This document shows, one piece after another, positions 19,122 through 27,354 of a stretch of DNA of 64,000 nt; within the stretch, counting starts at the first letter, position 1; each line of letters opens with the position of its first letter. The position numbers and the translations under genes were made by a program. Below the pieces are notes generated by a model that was given only the letters and a program-made list of their open reading frames with translations, was not told the origin of the DNA and made no database searches. This DNA is from a virus. Location of the stretch: the IMG/VR virus record IMGVR_UViG_3300018080_000117, positions 1 to 64,000 of that record. The stretch is one strand, 5' to 3'.

Positions 19122-19815
19122 TGTTCCACACGTCCTCGATCACACTGATCCCACCGTGTTTGTTAGCCGCCACTATGTGGCCGTCTACCTTCTTCAAAAA
19201 AGACAGTCTGTCACCTGTCAAAGTGTATTCCAACTCATCGCCAGCTTCGTAATGCTGCGAGACATCGTTACCCGCTTCAATTTCGAAAGCAGCGCGGTTT
19301 AGTTCTGACGCCAGTGCTTTCATTTGATCCTTGTAGCCTGCTTGAGCTAACAAAAACTCGGCGTAAAGCTTATCTCCCGATCTGGGCATCTCCGAATTGA
19401 GGACCAAAATACTTTCCTCGACGTTCTTTTGGATTGCGGCGCGTTCTAAAGCCCTTAGATAGCCTTTGAGGGTACACCCTTGGTCGAGGTAGAAGAACTT
19501 GTCCTGAGGCTTCTCGGCATGCATTCTGGCCGTTGAGAGCAGCCATTCAGAAAACTTACCTGGCAACGCAGCGCACTTCTTCAACGGATCGTAGTGGTGC
19601 TGGAACAAAAAGCGGTGAAGCCCGTCAAAAAAATTATTCGGATGGGACATACCCGCGTCCTCAGCCCACTTGATAATGCTGTCGCGGTTGCCACCATTCT
19701 CGTTCCACAAATGCTCCCAACCTGCTCGGTGTTCCTCGAAGAACTCCAAACGTGTCGCCAAGGGTTGGTCGTCCCACCGCGAAGTTGCGTTTTTTAGCAT
19801 CGGCATCTTGATCAC
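19105..19815 (-). CDS. Hypothetical protein
   Basis: 236-aa ORF overlapping its neighbours. Confidence 0.65.
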   Translation of the reverse strand: MIKMPMLKNATSRWDDQPLATRLEFFEEHRAGWEHLWNENGGNRDSIIKWAEDAGMSHPNNFFDGLHRFLFQHHYDPLKKCAALPGKFSEWLLSTARMHAEKPQDKFFYLDQGCTLKGYLRALERAAIQKNVEESILVLNSEMPRSGDKLYAEFLLAQAGYKDQMKALASELNRAAFEIEAGNDVSQHYEAGDELEYTLTGDRLSFLKKVDGHIVAANKHGGISVIEDVWNIARRG

Positions 19816-20225
19816 CTCTTGATAATCTGGGACCCGACTAAGGCCTCGAACGAAGTTTGCACTGTGAAGGTTCGAGAGGTTGGCTCGTTGTTGGTGATTT
19901 TTAGTTGAAAGCCCAAAAAGCCTGGATCGAACCCAAGCTTAGGACGTGTTTTTAGCCCAATGTTTGGAGGGAAGTTGAAATCGTAGTAAGAAAAATATGA
20001 GGAGTCTCTACGATTGGCTGTCGTGTAATTCTGGGTCTTAGAAACAAGACCGTCCAGGTACACAACAATTTGATGTCGGAAATTGGTGTGGATGTCCGCT
20101 ACAGGCGTCACGGTAATCGAGACGTTTTTGTACACCTCGTTACTAAGCAACGGTTGGATCGTTTGCGAACCACTAGCTGTAAGCGTAACAGTAATTACCT
20201 GGCTGTGTCCCTGGACGTCTTGCAT
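19812..20225 (-). CDS. Putative head-associated protein
   Basis: 137 aa, beta-rich, GGGG RBS-like run upstream. Confidence 0.6.
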   Translation of the reverse strand: MQDVQGHSQVITVTLTASGSQTIQPLLSNEVYKNVSITVTPVADIHTNFRHQIVVYLDGLVSKTQNYTTANRRDSSYFSYYDFNFPPNIGLKTRPKLGFDPGFLGFQLKITNNEPTSRTFTVQTSFEALVGSQIIKR

Positions 20226-20236
20226 GTACTTTCCCC

Positions 20237-20857
20237 TTAGCTCTCTTCAGCCCTACGCTCTTTCAAAACCCCGGCGAGGTATTCCTTGAACGAAGGGTCT
20301 TTGACATTGTTGTAGAGATAAGTTAGGTCCTCGTACTTAGCAGTGTGGCGAATTATCTCCACCTTTTCCACAGCCTCTTTCACAGCAATCGTCTCACCAT
20401 TGATTTGCAAAGCGAGATTGAGCACGGTACCGTCTACCTGAGGTTTGCGGGCGTCGTCTTCTTGTTTGCCCTTAGGCGAATCTGCGATGTTTCTCTCAAT
20501 GCGACTAATCTTGTCTTGCACAACCCGCTGACGTTCTTTGTTCTTGCGGTAGTAGTCACGTGCGTGCTTCGGGTCCATTAAAGTAAGAAACCCGTTGTCC
20601 GTTAGCAAAAACAAGTCAGTGCAGTTTTGCAAGAGACGGTGTGGTGCTTTGTCCGTAAGGCAAACAGGATCAGGACCAACCGGAACGATGAGCGCCCGTC
20701 GTCCTTCCCCTTCACCGATCTGCATCGTTACAGGACCCGGCTTGTTGTACCGGTATCCTTGAGAGGCTTCGGCGGAATTGTTTTTTACCCAGATCTCTGT
20801 TCGAGACTTAAGTAAGTTTTGCAGCGTCAACCGCGAGGATGTTTGTTTTTCGGGCAT
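20237..20857 (-). CDS. Hypothetical protein following the major capsid gene
   Basis: 206 aa, AAGGAG RBS. Confidence 0.7.
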   Translation of the reverse strand: MPEKQTSSRLTLQNLLKSRTEIWVKNNSAEASQGYRYNKPGPVTMQIGEGEGRRALIVPVGPDPVCLTDKAPHRLLQNCTDLFLLTDNGFLTLMDPKHARDYYRKNKERQRVVQDKISRIERNIADSPKGKQEDDARKPQVDGTVLNLALQINGETIAVKEAVEKVEIIRHTAKYEDLTYLYNNVKDPSFKEYLAGVLKERRAEES

Positions 20858-20979
20858 TAGTTTCTCTCCTTACGTTTCGTGGGTACAACTAGAGTTATGG
20901 AGATTATTCTAGAGGGCAAGCTTAGGGATTAGTTAATAGGCGATAGAAGGCGGGGAGTACTAAAAAACCGCTAAAAAGA

Positions 20980-22131
20980 TTAGCTGGTCTTCTGACCCAA
21001 CGCGACACCAGCCGAGTGGCCTAGTCCCAAAAAGCACAGTTCGTAGTAGTACCAACCACGCCGGGGCTTGCCCTCGTTGAACTGGGTCACGGGCTCGGAG
21101 ATCAACTCCTGCCGCACACCGAAGCCGCCCAAGTACTCAGGCTGCGTCACGCCGATCACTTCACCCGGATTCAGCAACTGGAAGCGGTTGTTGGTACCGG
21201 CTGTGGTGATTACCATCGCATTCAAGATGATCCCGACGAATCCGCCCATGATCAACTCGCGCTGCGTCACGGGATCCACCTGCTGGCTGATCGTGGTGAC
21301 GAAGTCAGAAATTTCCTGACGGTGCACGATGAACTTGTCGAGGATCAACCGGTGGCGCTCCACCTGGTAACGAATGCTTTCCAACGCCGAAATGTTGCAG
21401 GTGGCGAAGTAAGTGATGTCGTTTTCGGTGGTGCCTGCGTTCTGCAGCAGGGTCAAACCAGCCAAGTCCTCTTGGTACTCGATCGCCTGGCGGGCACGAT
21501 CCTGGGTACGTTCGAGGATATTGAACTGCGCTCGAGAGATGTCCTTCAGCTCCAACAGCGGGAACGTGGAGACCTCAAACTCAGGCGGGTAAATGTACTT
21601 ACCTTCGACCTGGGATTCCGGGGTCTGGCCGTCTTCGGCAATCTGCCAGCCAACCACGTATGGGTCTTTGTCGTAACGCACAACCTCACCGGGCTTTACG
21701 TCACGCGGGTACCAAACCTTCCGGGTCATGCCCTCGAAGTCGATGACTTCCTTGATCGGATTGAGCAGAGCCTGCCCACACCGGGCAAAGCCTTCACTGG
21801 TGGGGTCGGACATCGCCATCTGCACCAACGCATCCTTATCGGCTGCGTCGACTTTGAGCGAGGCATGCTTGGAGTGCACAGCAACCTGCTGCACGTCGAA
21901 GGTTCCATCGCTGGCACCGTCGAGCAGGCCCTTGATCTTGTCAAGGACTTCAGCGTTGTCACTGGCGTTGATTTCGCCTTTGTTGTCGAACATACGCTCG
22001 TTAGAGCTAACCTTACGATTGCCGCTGCGGCCCTGTCGACCGAAGGACATTGGGTTAAACTCTTCGCCCGCGTTGCTGTCGACGGTGCGCAGTTTGCTGG
22101 CCGCCTTCAAGTAGGGATTCATTTTCGCCAT
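20980..22131 (-). CDS. Major capsid protein (HK97 fold)
   Basis: 383 aa after protease, scaffold and decoration genes. Contains PEFEVSTFP...FNILERTQDRARQAIEYQED and shows strong codon bias. Confidence 0.9.
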   Translation of the reverse strand: MAKMNPYLKAASKLRTVDSNAGEEFNPMSFGRQGRSGNRKVSSNERMFDNKGEINASDNAEVLDKIKGLLDGASDGTFDVQQVAVHSKHASLKVDAADKDALVQMAMSDPTSEGFARCGQALLNPIKEVIDFEGMTRKVWYPRDVKPGEVVRYDKDPYVVGWQIAEDGQTPESQVEGKYIYPPEFEVSTFPLLELKDISRAQFNILERTQDRARQAIEYQEDLAGLTLLQNAGTTENDITYFATCNISALESIRYQVERHRLILDKFIVHRQEISDFVTTISQQVDPVTQRELIMGGFVGIILNAMVITTAGTNNRFQLLNPGEVIGVTQPEYLGGFGVRQELISEPVTQFNEGKPRRGWYYYELCFLGLGHSAGVALGQKTS

Positions 22132-22176
22132 TTGGGTATCCTCCAGATTACCTTGTTCGTATTTACCCAGTCGCTG

Positions 22177-22875
22177 TTAAACGCTTGCAACCGCAATCTG
22201 GGCGACACCCAGCCACGGATCGGAGACGGTTGGAACGGAGATCACACGACCGCAAACGGGGTAAGAATTGGTTGCAGAAGTCCACTTGCTGTTGGCGTCG
22301 GGGCGCAACGCAGCAGACAGGGTGTAAGTTTGGGTGACGTCGTACTGGTCCGTCCAAATGTGCGCGAAGCCTTCGACGATCGCGCAGCGATTTGAACCGG
22401 TGGTGTCATCGGCACTTTGGGTGTAGTTGGTGCCGCCGCTGTAACCAATCTCATCGGCGGGAATCGTGTACTCGTACCAAATGATCACAGACTCAGAAGC
22501 CGAGATGCTTCCACCGCCCACGCGACCAACAATACCGTTGTTGGTGTTCAACGTGTAATCGGTGCCGTGGGTGTACTCGGTGCCCGAACTATCGGTCACC
22601 TTAATGTAGCTGGTGCCGCGCACATTGGCGTGCTTGAGCTGAATTTGGTCGTTGCTATCGAAGGTGCCGCTTTCGACGGTGGAACGACGGTAGGTCAGCT
22701 CGTGGTCTTTCCAGAAGGTGCCGATGGGCACTGTTCCGGAGGCTGCGGTCGTTACAACGTTTTCTCCACCGGAACGCACCAGAAATGCAACCTGGCCCGC
22801 GCTCCACTGGACGTTGGTATCGACCTTGTAGAACGGACGATTGAAGGGGTAGCCTTTGGTTTTGTTCAGCGCCAT
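22177..22875 (-). CDS. Capsid decoration/minor head protein
   Basis: Directly upstream of the MCP with the same biased codon usage. Contains TDQYD...Y...L and GRVISVPT..DPWLGV. Confidence 0.7.
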   Translation of the reverse strand: MALNKTKGYPFNRPFYKVDTNVQWSAGQVAFLVRSGGENVVTTAASGTVPIGTFWKDHELTYRRSTVESGTFDSNDQIQLKHANVRGTSYIKVTDSSGTEYTHGTDYTLNTNNGIVGRVGGGSISASESVIIWYEYTIPADEIGYSGGTNYTQSADDTTGSNRCAIVEGFAHIWTDQYDVTQTYTLSAALRPDANSKWTSATNSYPVCGRVISVPTVSDPWLGVAQIAVASV

Positions 22876-22887
22876 TTGATACTCTCC

Positions 22888-24348
22888 TTATTTATTACTC
22901 TGGAACACGTTTAGCTGCGCCAGTTTTGGACGTGGAGCCGCAGCCTGAATACGTGCCCACTCGTCAACTTCTGGTTCAGACTCGCTTGTGGTCGAAAAAG
23001 GCATCGAGGACTGAGCAGCACGTTGCCGCAACTGTCGAGCCTCGTCACTAGTTTGCTTATGCGCCGAAGGCACAGCAACAGACGAGTCGAGGATCATACT
23101 TTCCGCTTCAACGAAAGCCTCGTCGCTCATGTCCATGTACCGCTGGGTATGCTGCAACGCTGTTTCGAAGTGCTCGTCGGCGGCTTGCGCAAAAGCCGAC
23201 TCGATGATAGGGGCGGGGTCATCGATCCCCATTTCGCCCATCAGCTCAAACAAAGCACCCTTCAGCGGGTTGTCGCCCACTAGGTTCTTGTTCATAGCAG
23301 TCAGAGCAAGCTTCAACGCACGGCGGAAGCGACGACCATAGTCCGCCGCGTCGTGCTTACTGGCCACCGAAGCACTTGCCTCGATCGGGATGTTGAGCTT
23401 TTTCGCATCGGATTTGGTCGAAAGCTCTCGACCAAACACAGCCTTCTTAGGCGTAGCAGCCTTTTTGCTAAGCTTGCGAGCCTTGAACTTACGTAGCGCG
23501 GCCTTCAGACCCAACTTGTTCATCGTCTTGATCACGAGATGGGCAAACTTCGGGCTCTTGTACTCATCCGCACTGAACTCGCCTCGAGGGATGGTGCAGA
23601 AAGCACGTTCGTTTGCATCGAGCACCTGCCAGGAACCCTTTTTGTATTCCATGGTCAGGTTAGCCACCGCAAACAGATCCGGGGTCTTGTCATTGACGGG
23701 CTTGCCCATCGTCGGTTTTTGTTCCATGGGCTTGAAGGACTTGTCCTTCATCTTTTTGACCATCCACTGATCACGCAGATACTCTTCACCCTTGGCTTTC
23801 TTCATGGCAGCGCGGCGGGCCATAAGCTTACGCCGCAGCCGGGCTTTGATTTGAGCCCTTGCCAGTTTTGGGTTTCGGGGCGTTTGACGGCGGTTACCGG
23901 AACTCTTCCGCAGGTTGCGTTTGCTACGCAACTCAGAACGGATCTTGCGGTAACGCGCAAGATTAGTTTTGTTCATTCTTGCTTCCTCCTCTAGTCCGAA
24001 CTCATCTTCGGTTACCTCTTCCTCGTCTTCTTCGTCTTTCTCTTCCAGAAACTCTTCAAAGCCGTCAGATCCGGAATCGCTATCTTCGTCTAACAGCAAC
24101 TCTTCGATTACTTCTTTATGTTGCTCCAAACCATCAACAACGATGTCCATCGTCTCTTCGAGCTTTTCGACGCGGTCTTCTACTTCACCTTCGTCCGCTT
24201 CTTCCACCGCTGCTTCCTCGTCAGGGTCGCCTAACGAGTCCATAGGAAAATCGGGAGCGGGCCCCTCTTCGGCAGGAGCCTCTTCTTCCTGCGCCTTTTT
24301 CAAAAAGGCATTCACCTTATCTAATGTCGCTTTTCGTAGCATTAGCAC
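22888..24348 (-). CDS. Scaffold/prohead core protein
   Basis: Between protease and capsid genes, with extreme acidic then basic blocks and many K/R-x-A motifs. Possible internal start MNKTN at 23976 with GGAGG. Confidence 0.7.
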   Translation of the reverse strand: MLMLRKATLDKVNAFLKKAQEEEAPAEEGPAPDFPMDSLGDPDEEAAVEEADEGEVEDRVEKLEETMDIVVDGLEQHKEVIEELLLDEDSDSGSDGFEEFLEEKDEEDEEEVTEDEFGLEEEARMNKTNLARYRKIRSELRSKRNLRKSSGNRRQTPRNPKLARAQIKARLRRKLMARRAAMKKAKGEEYLRDQWMVKKMKDKSFKPMEQKPTMGKPVNDKTPDLFAVANLTMEYKKGSWQVLDANERAFCTIPRGEFSADEYKSPKFAHLVIKTMNKLGLKAALRKFKARKLSKKAATPKKAVFGRELSTKSDAKKLNIPIEASASVASKHDAADYGRRFRRALKLALTAMNKNLVGDNPLKGALFELMGEMGIDDPAPIIESAFAQAADEHFETALQHTQRYMDMSDEAFVEAESMILDSSVAVPSAHKQTSDEARQLRQRAAQSSMPFSTTSESEPEVDEWARIQAAAPRPKLAQLNVFQSNK

Positions 24349-24351
24349 ACC

Positions 24352-25236
24352 TCAAAACAGTTTTTGGGCCAGGTTGATCATGCTTTGTGGAAGGCTGTTA
24401 ATGTTAGTTTCAAAGTAGCGCCCAACCTCCACAGCATCGTTACGATCAAGCAATCGGGACACAAGCGGCGGTAGGGAACTGTTGTTTTGTTTTAGAGACG
24501 CTGCCTTGCTTTGCATAAGGTACTGACGAACCGCTTTCGGGTCGGCGGGAATTTCAACGCCGCTTAGCTCAACAAAACATACCTCCAAGCAGTCTTCGCA
24601 AATTACCTCACCGCCCACTACCTGCAGCATTTGATTTTTCAAGTGCGAGCACTTTTCGTTCTCGGTGCGGGCTATCTTTCTACATGCGCTGTGGCTACAC
24701 TGAACGGCACCACACCAGCACCCCATTGAGAACTTATCGTTTCTGCCGCTAACAAGACCTTCGGCATAGGCTGCGTCTTTTGTGGTATCAACCGCAACAA
24801 CACAGGTTACGTACTTATCTTCGGGACCGGTCACATAGGCAGCGTCGGGCAAAAAGCCTCGTGCGGTACGAGGGTCGTCTGCCATGTGCTCAATATGCAG
24901 TGGCACGTTACGGAAGGTCTCATAAACTAAGCAACGGCAATCTGCGTCGTACCTTAGTAACTCTTGCTCGGTGAACCGGTCACCGTTACCATTGGCTTCA
25001 TTGGCTGTCACCGCACGAGCTACAGCGAACACGTAGTCATCAATGTTCGAACTAAGCTCATAATTCTGGGCGATGCTTTTTAGGCCCGGTCCTTCCGACA
25101 CCAGCTCGATCGCCTTTTTTGTGTGGGCAGCAACCCGAGGGTGCATCCGTTGAAATTGAGCGGTGATTCGAAAATTGTTATTTTGACTGGCTTGGAAAAC
25201 TCCAAGTACCGGCAGACTCGCTGTTTTGAAAAACAA
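24352..25236 (-). CDS. Capsid maturation (prohead) protease
   Basis: NGNGD.F...EL, HIEH, ARG, FSMGC and ELS.V..PAD motifs of herpes/HK97-type phage proteases, with a Cys-rich insert. Confidence 0.85.
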   Translation of the reverse strand: MFFKTASLPVLGVFQASQNNNFRITAQFQRMHPRVAAHTKKAIELVSEGPGLKSIAQNYELSSNIDDYVFAVARAVTANEANGNGDRFTEQELLRYDADCRCLVYETFRNVPLHIEHMADDPRTARGFLPDAAYVTGPEDKYVTCVVAVDTTKDAAYAEGLVSGRNDKFSMGCWCGAVQCSHSACRKIARTENEKCSHLKNQMLQVVGGEVICEDCLEVCFVELSGVEIPADPKAVRQYLMQSKAASLKQNNSSLPPLVSRLLDRNDAVEVGRYFETNINSLPQSMINLAQKLF

Positions 25237-25332
25237 TATCGTATCCCCTATCGCTTAGATTCTTCGGCCAGTATGAGATTAGTTTCCTCGGGTGAGTTAA
25301 CTTGCGTTTAGGCGCTAACCTAAAAACTAATG

Positions 25333-25360
25333 TTGACTATTTGCGAAAACGCGGTATGAT
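25333..25360 (+). promoter_or_regulatory. Sigma70-type promoter of the tRNA operon
   Basis: TTGACT-N16-TATGAT. Confidence 0.75.
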
Positions 25361-25398
25361 TTTCTTGTTACTGGACGAGTGACTCGGAGAATGTGTCT

Positions 25399-25470
25399 AT
25401 GTTACCGCTAGTTGGCTACCTCTATTATTTACCTTTGGTTCTCGAACCCCGAGGGCGAATGCTAGATTAG
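25399..25470 (+). CDS. Putative attenuator leader peptide MLPLVGYLYYLPLVLEPRGRMLD
   Basis: GGAG at 25386-25389, ATG at 25399, TAG at 25468-25470. 7 Leu (TTA x2, CTA x2, CTC x2, TTG) and 3 Tyr in 23 codons. Confidence 0.7.
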   Translation: MLPLVGYLYYLPLVLEPRGRMLD

Positions 25471-25492
25471 CGTTCAGCGGTGATAAAGACAC

Positions 25493-25525
25493 AAAGCCCT
25501 CGGGAGAAATTCCGAGGGCTTTTTT
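25493..25525 (+). terminator. Intrinsic terminator (attenuator) upstream of the tRNAs
   Basis: AAAGCCCTCGG-loop-CCGAGGGCTTT followed by a T run. Its 5' arm is also complementary to 25448-25456. Confidence 0.85.
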
Positions 25526-25548
25526 GTTGGTGACGAAAGTGGAGACAA

Positions 25549-25631
25549 CGGCAGGTGCTTGAGCGGTCAAAAAGGGCGGGCTGTACGAAGCCCTAGGGCA
25601 GCGGGTTTGTGTTCGAATCACACCCTGCCGA
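25549..25631 (+). pseudogene. tRNA-Tyr(GTA) disrupted by an internal inversion
   Basis: Acceptor stem CGGCAGG/CCTGCCG, D arm and T loop are intact. Reverse-complementing 25585-25608 restores the anticodon arm, variable arm and T stem. Confidence 0.85.
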
Positions 25632-25635
25632 TTTT

Positions 25636-25709
25636 GCCTGTGTAGCCCAATTGGAAGAGGCGCTAGACTTAGGATCTAGAGGTTGGAGGTTCGACCCCTC
25701 TCGCAGGCA
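25636..25709 (+). tRNA. tRNA-Leu(TAG), short variable loop
   Basis: Acceptor GCCTGTG/CGCAGGC, anticodon arm CTAGA-CTTAGGA-TCTAG, T arm GGAGG-TTCGACC-CCTCT, discriminator A, no encoded CCA. Confidence 0.9.
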
Positions 25710-25715
25710 TTAGAC

Positions 25716-25789
25716 GCGCGGATGGTCCAACTGGTAGAGGCATTCGACTTAAAATCGAATTGTTGCGGGTTCGAATCCCGCTCCGCGCA
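25716..25789 (+). tRNA. tRNA-Leu(TAA), short variable loop
   Basis: Acceptor GCGCGGA/TCCGCGC, anticodon arm TTCGA-CTTAAAA-TCGAA, T arm GCGGG-TTCGAAT-CCCGC, discriminator A. Confidence 0.92.
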
Positions 25790-25989
25790 TATCCGTCTTT
25801 TGGCAAGCTTTTCAACTCTCTTGGTTTGACCGCTGCTTGCGAGCCCACCGAACAACATTTCGCGGAAGGTGCGCTTCGTCCATCGGCTCCCCTAATTCGT
25901 GGAGCCTTAGTAAGTAACGTGCAAGCTCTTGGACAGGGTAGTCCCCTCCAATGGTCCTAAGCAACGTGTCCATAGATTGTCTGTCTTCG

Positions 25990-26481
25990 TCACGAGGTTT
26001 CACAACCAGTTCCTTGCGACGGTTCCAAAACAATGCGAGGATCAATCTTTACTAATTCTTTTTCCACCTGCACCAATGTCTTAAGATTTAGCTTACGCAC
26101 AGGGCGTGTCTGCGAATACCAAGTACTGATATCCTGCTTTCCGTACGCCTTATCCGCCCCCAACCAGTCACAAAGCATTTCCAGCCTGTACTTACTGGGC
26201 ATCTCCTGGATCTTAGTTTTTCCAGAGTCTTCCTGCAACACCCAATATTGCCAATGGTGCTTATTTCGGTGCTGGTGTTTGAGCCAAGCTGCTTCGAACG
26301 CTTTATTAGTTTTTTCTGTCCTGTCCCCGTAGAAATAATTTGCGTACGGAAAAAACTCGCTGGGCCGGAATTTGGAAATGTCGTGCATAAGCCCGCGCCA
26401 GATCAAACCGCGTTTGGCGCACTCGACAAACACAAACCATTTATGTCTTAGTACTGCCTTTGCGTATTTCACATATTTCAT
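25990..26481 (-). CDS. DUF5662-like HD-domain protein
   Basis: RHKWFV, HDISKF.P.EF, AWLKHQHRNKHHWQYW and EMLCDW motifs. Likely start MKYVKY at 26481. Confidence 0.75.
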   Translation of the reverse strand: MKYVKYAKAVLRHKWFVFVECAKRGLIWRGLMHDISKFRPSEFFPYANYFYGDRTEKTNKAFEAAWLKHQHRNKHHWQYWVLQEDSGKTKIQEMPSKYRLEMLCDWLGADKAYGKQDISTWYSQTRPVRKLNLKTLVQVEKELVKIDPRIVLEPSQGTGCETS

Positions 26482-26774
26482 TCTGCTACCCCTACATTTG
26501 GCCAGGTGGTTTTTGCAAGATCGGGCAGTATCCAATCAGCCGGGTCTTCCACGTCCCGCCACGCACCACAAACCGAACACCATTCGATAGCACCGCCTGG
26601 ATACTCTTTTTGCGCGATCGTCTCGATCTTATCTTCCGGATGCTTGCATTTCATTTTGCCCTCGGTTTGGGATAAAATTCTAAGGTGGGTTGGCCTTTGC
26701 AACTAATTTACAAAACCCCTAACGCATTTTGGAAATTGTACTGGGAGAACGCAGGAAAGTAAACAATAAAAAAC

Positions 26775-27242
26775 TTAACTTCTAGAGATGGCCTTCATAA
26801 GCCACATTGCGGATTCTTCGAGCTTCGTAATTGCCAAAGCCCGACTTCGGCTGTTTTCAACCTCGTCCTCGATGCAACTTAGCAAATCGCCATAAGCCGC
26901 TCTAAAGCCATCTGCCACCAGATGCTTAGCCTCATTCATCTCCACGTGATCAAACGGTCCTAGCGGCTCTGTGTCCGTCTCAGCGGTATTCTGAAAGTTG
27001 CCCTCGACCACGTTATCGTTTTCGTCGCTCATCTCTTCTTCCTCCTCTATTGGGACGACCACGTGAAAGTCGTGATCACCGCAATCACAAGGTTCTAAAA
27101 ACCCAGCTTGGCAATCGTCTTTTATCGAACCGCAAGGGGCCAAGTCTTGAGTCTCACAGGCACACCCGTCTTCTTCGTTGTACAACCCTCCATACCCGTA
27201 CTCGTCGAGGCACTCTTTGACGAAGTCTTTTACGGTAGGCAT
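26775..27242 (-). CDS. Cys-rich domain fused to an Acb2/Tad1-like hairpin domain
   Basis: C-terminal SRSRALAITKLEESAMWLMKAI. An internal ATG at 27032 has GGAGG upstream. Confidence 0.6.
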   Translation of the reverse strand: MPTVKDFVKECLDEYGYGGLYNEEDGCACETQDLAPCGSIKDDCQAGFLEPCDCGDHDFHVVVPIEEEEEMSDENDNVVEGNFQNTAETDTEPLGPFDHVEMNEAKHLVADGFRAAYGDLLSCIEDEVENSRSRALAITKLEESAMWLMKAISRS

Positions 27243-27276
27243 CCACGTCTCCTGGTTTCTTTCGTAGTCAAGCTAC

Positions 27277-27350
27277 GCATCGAATCACCGAGTTAGGTCA
27301 ACCACGGTATAAAGCTCGCACACGTGCTGCACTCGGGTGGTGTAGTTCAT
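27277..27350 (+). mobile_element. Miniature IS200/IS605-like end relic
   Basis: Follows CTAC and ends GGTGGTGTAGTTCAT, identical to the right end of the full IS at 36906. Internal inverted repeat CCGAGT/ACTCGG. Confidence 0.5.
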
Positions 27351-27354
27351 TCCT

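Noticed and set aside
21322-22395. 357-aa plus-strand ORF
   Set aside because: Antisense shadow of the codon-biased capsid genes, with no RBS or recognisable motifs.
25392-25493. Long hairpin considered as a 6S, SRP or Y RNA
   Set aside because: Too short for 6S and lacks SRP or Y RNA motifs. It is better explained as the protector helix of the attenuator, though a stand-alone small RNA role is not excluded.
25365-25530. T-box riboswitch
   Set aside because: No GGTGGNACC T-box motif or stem I features before the terminator.
25397-25960. ORF-track ORFs overlapping the leader and tRNAs (25397..25621, 25676..25858, 25760..25960)
   Set aside because: They overlap tRNA genes and have no coding signal.
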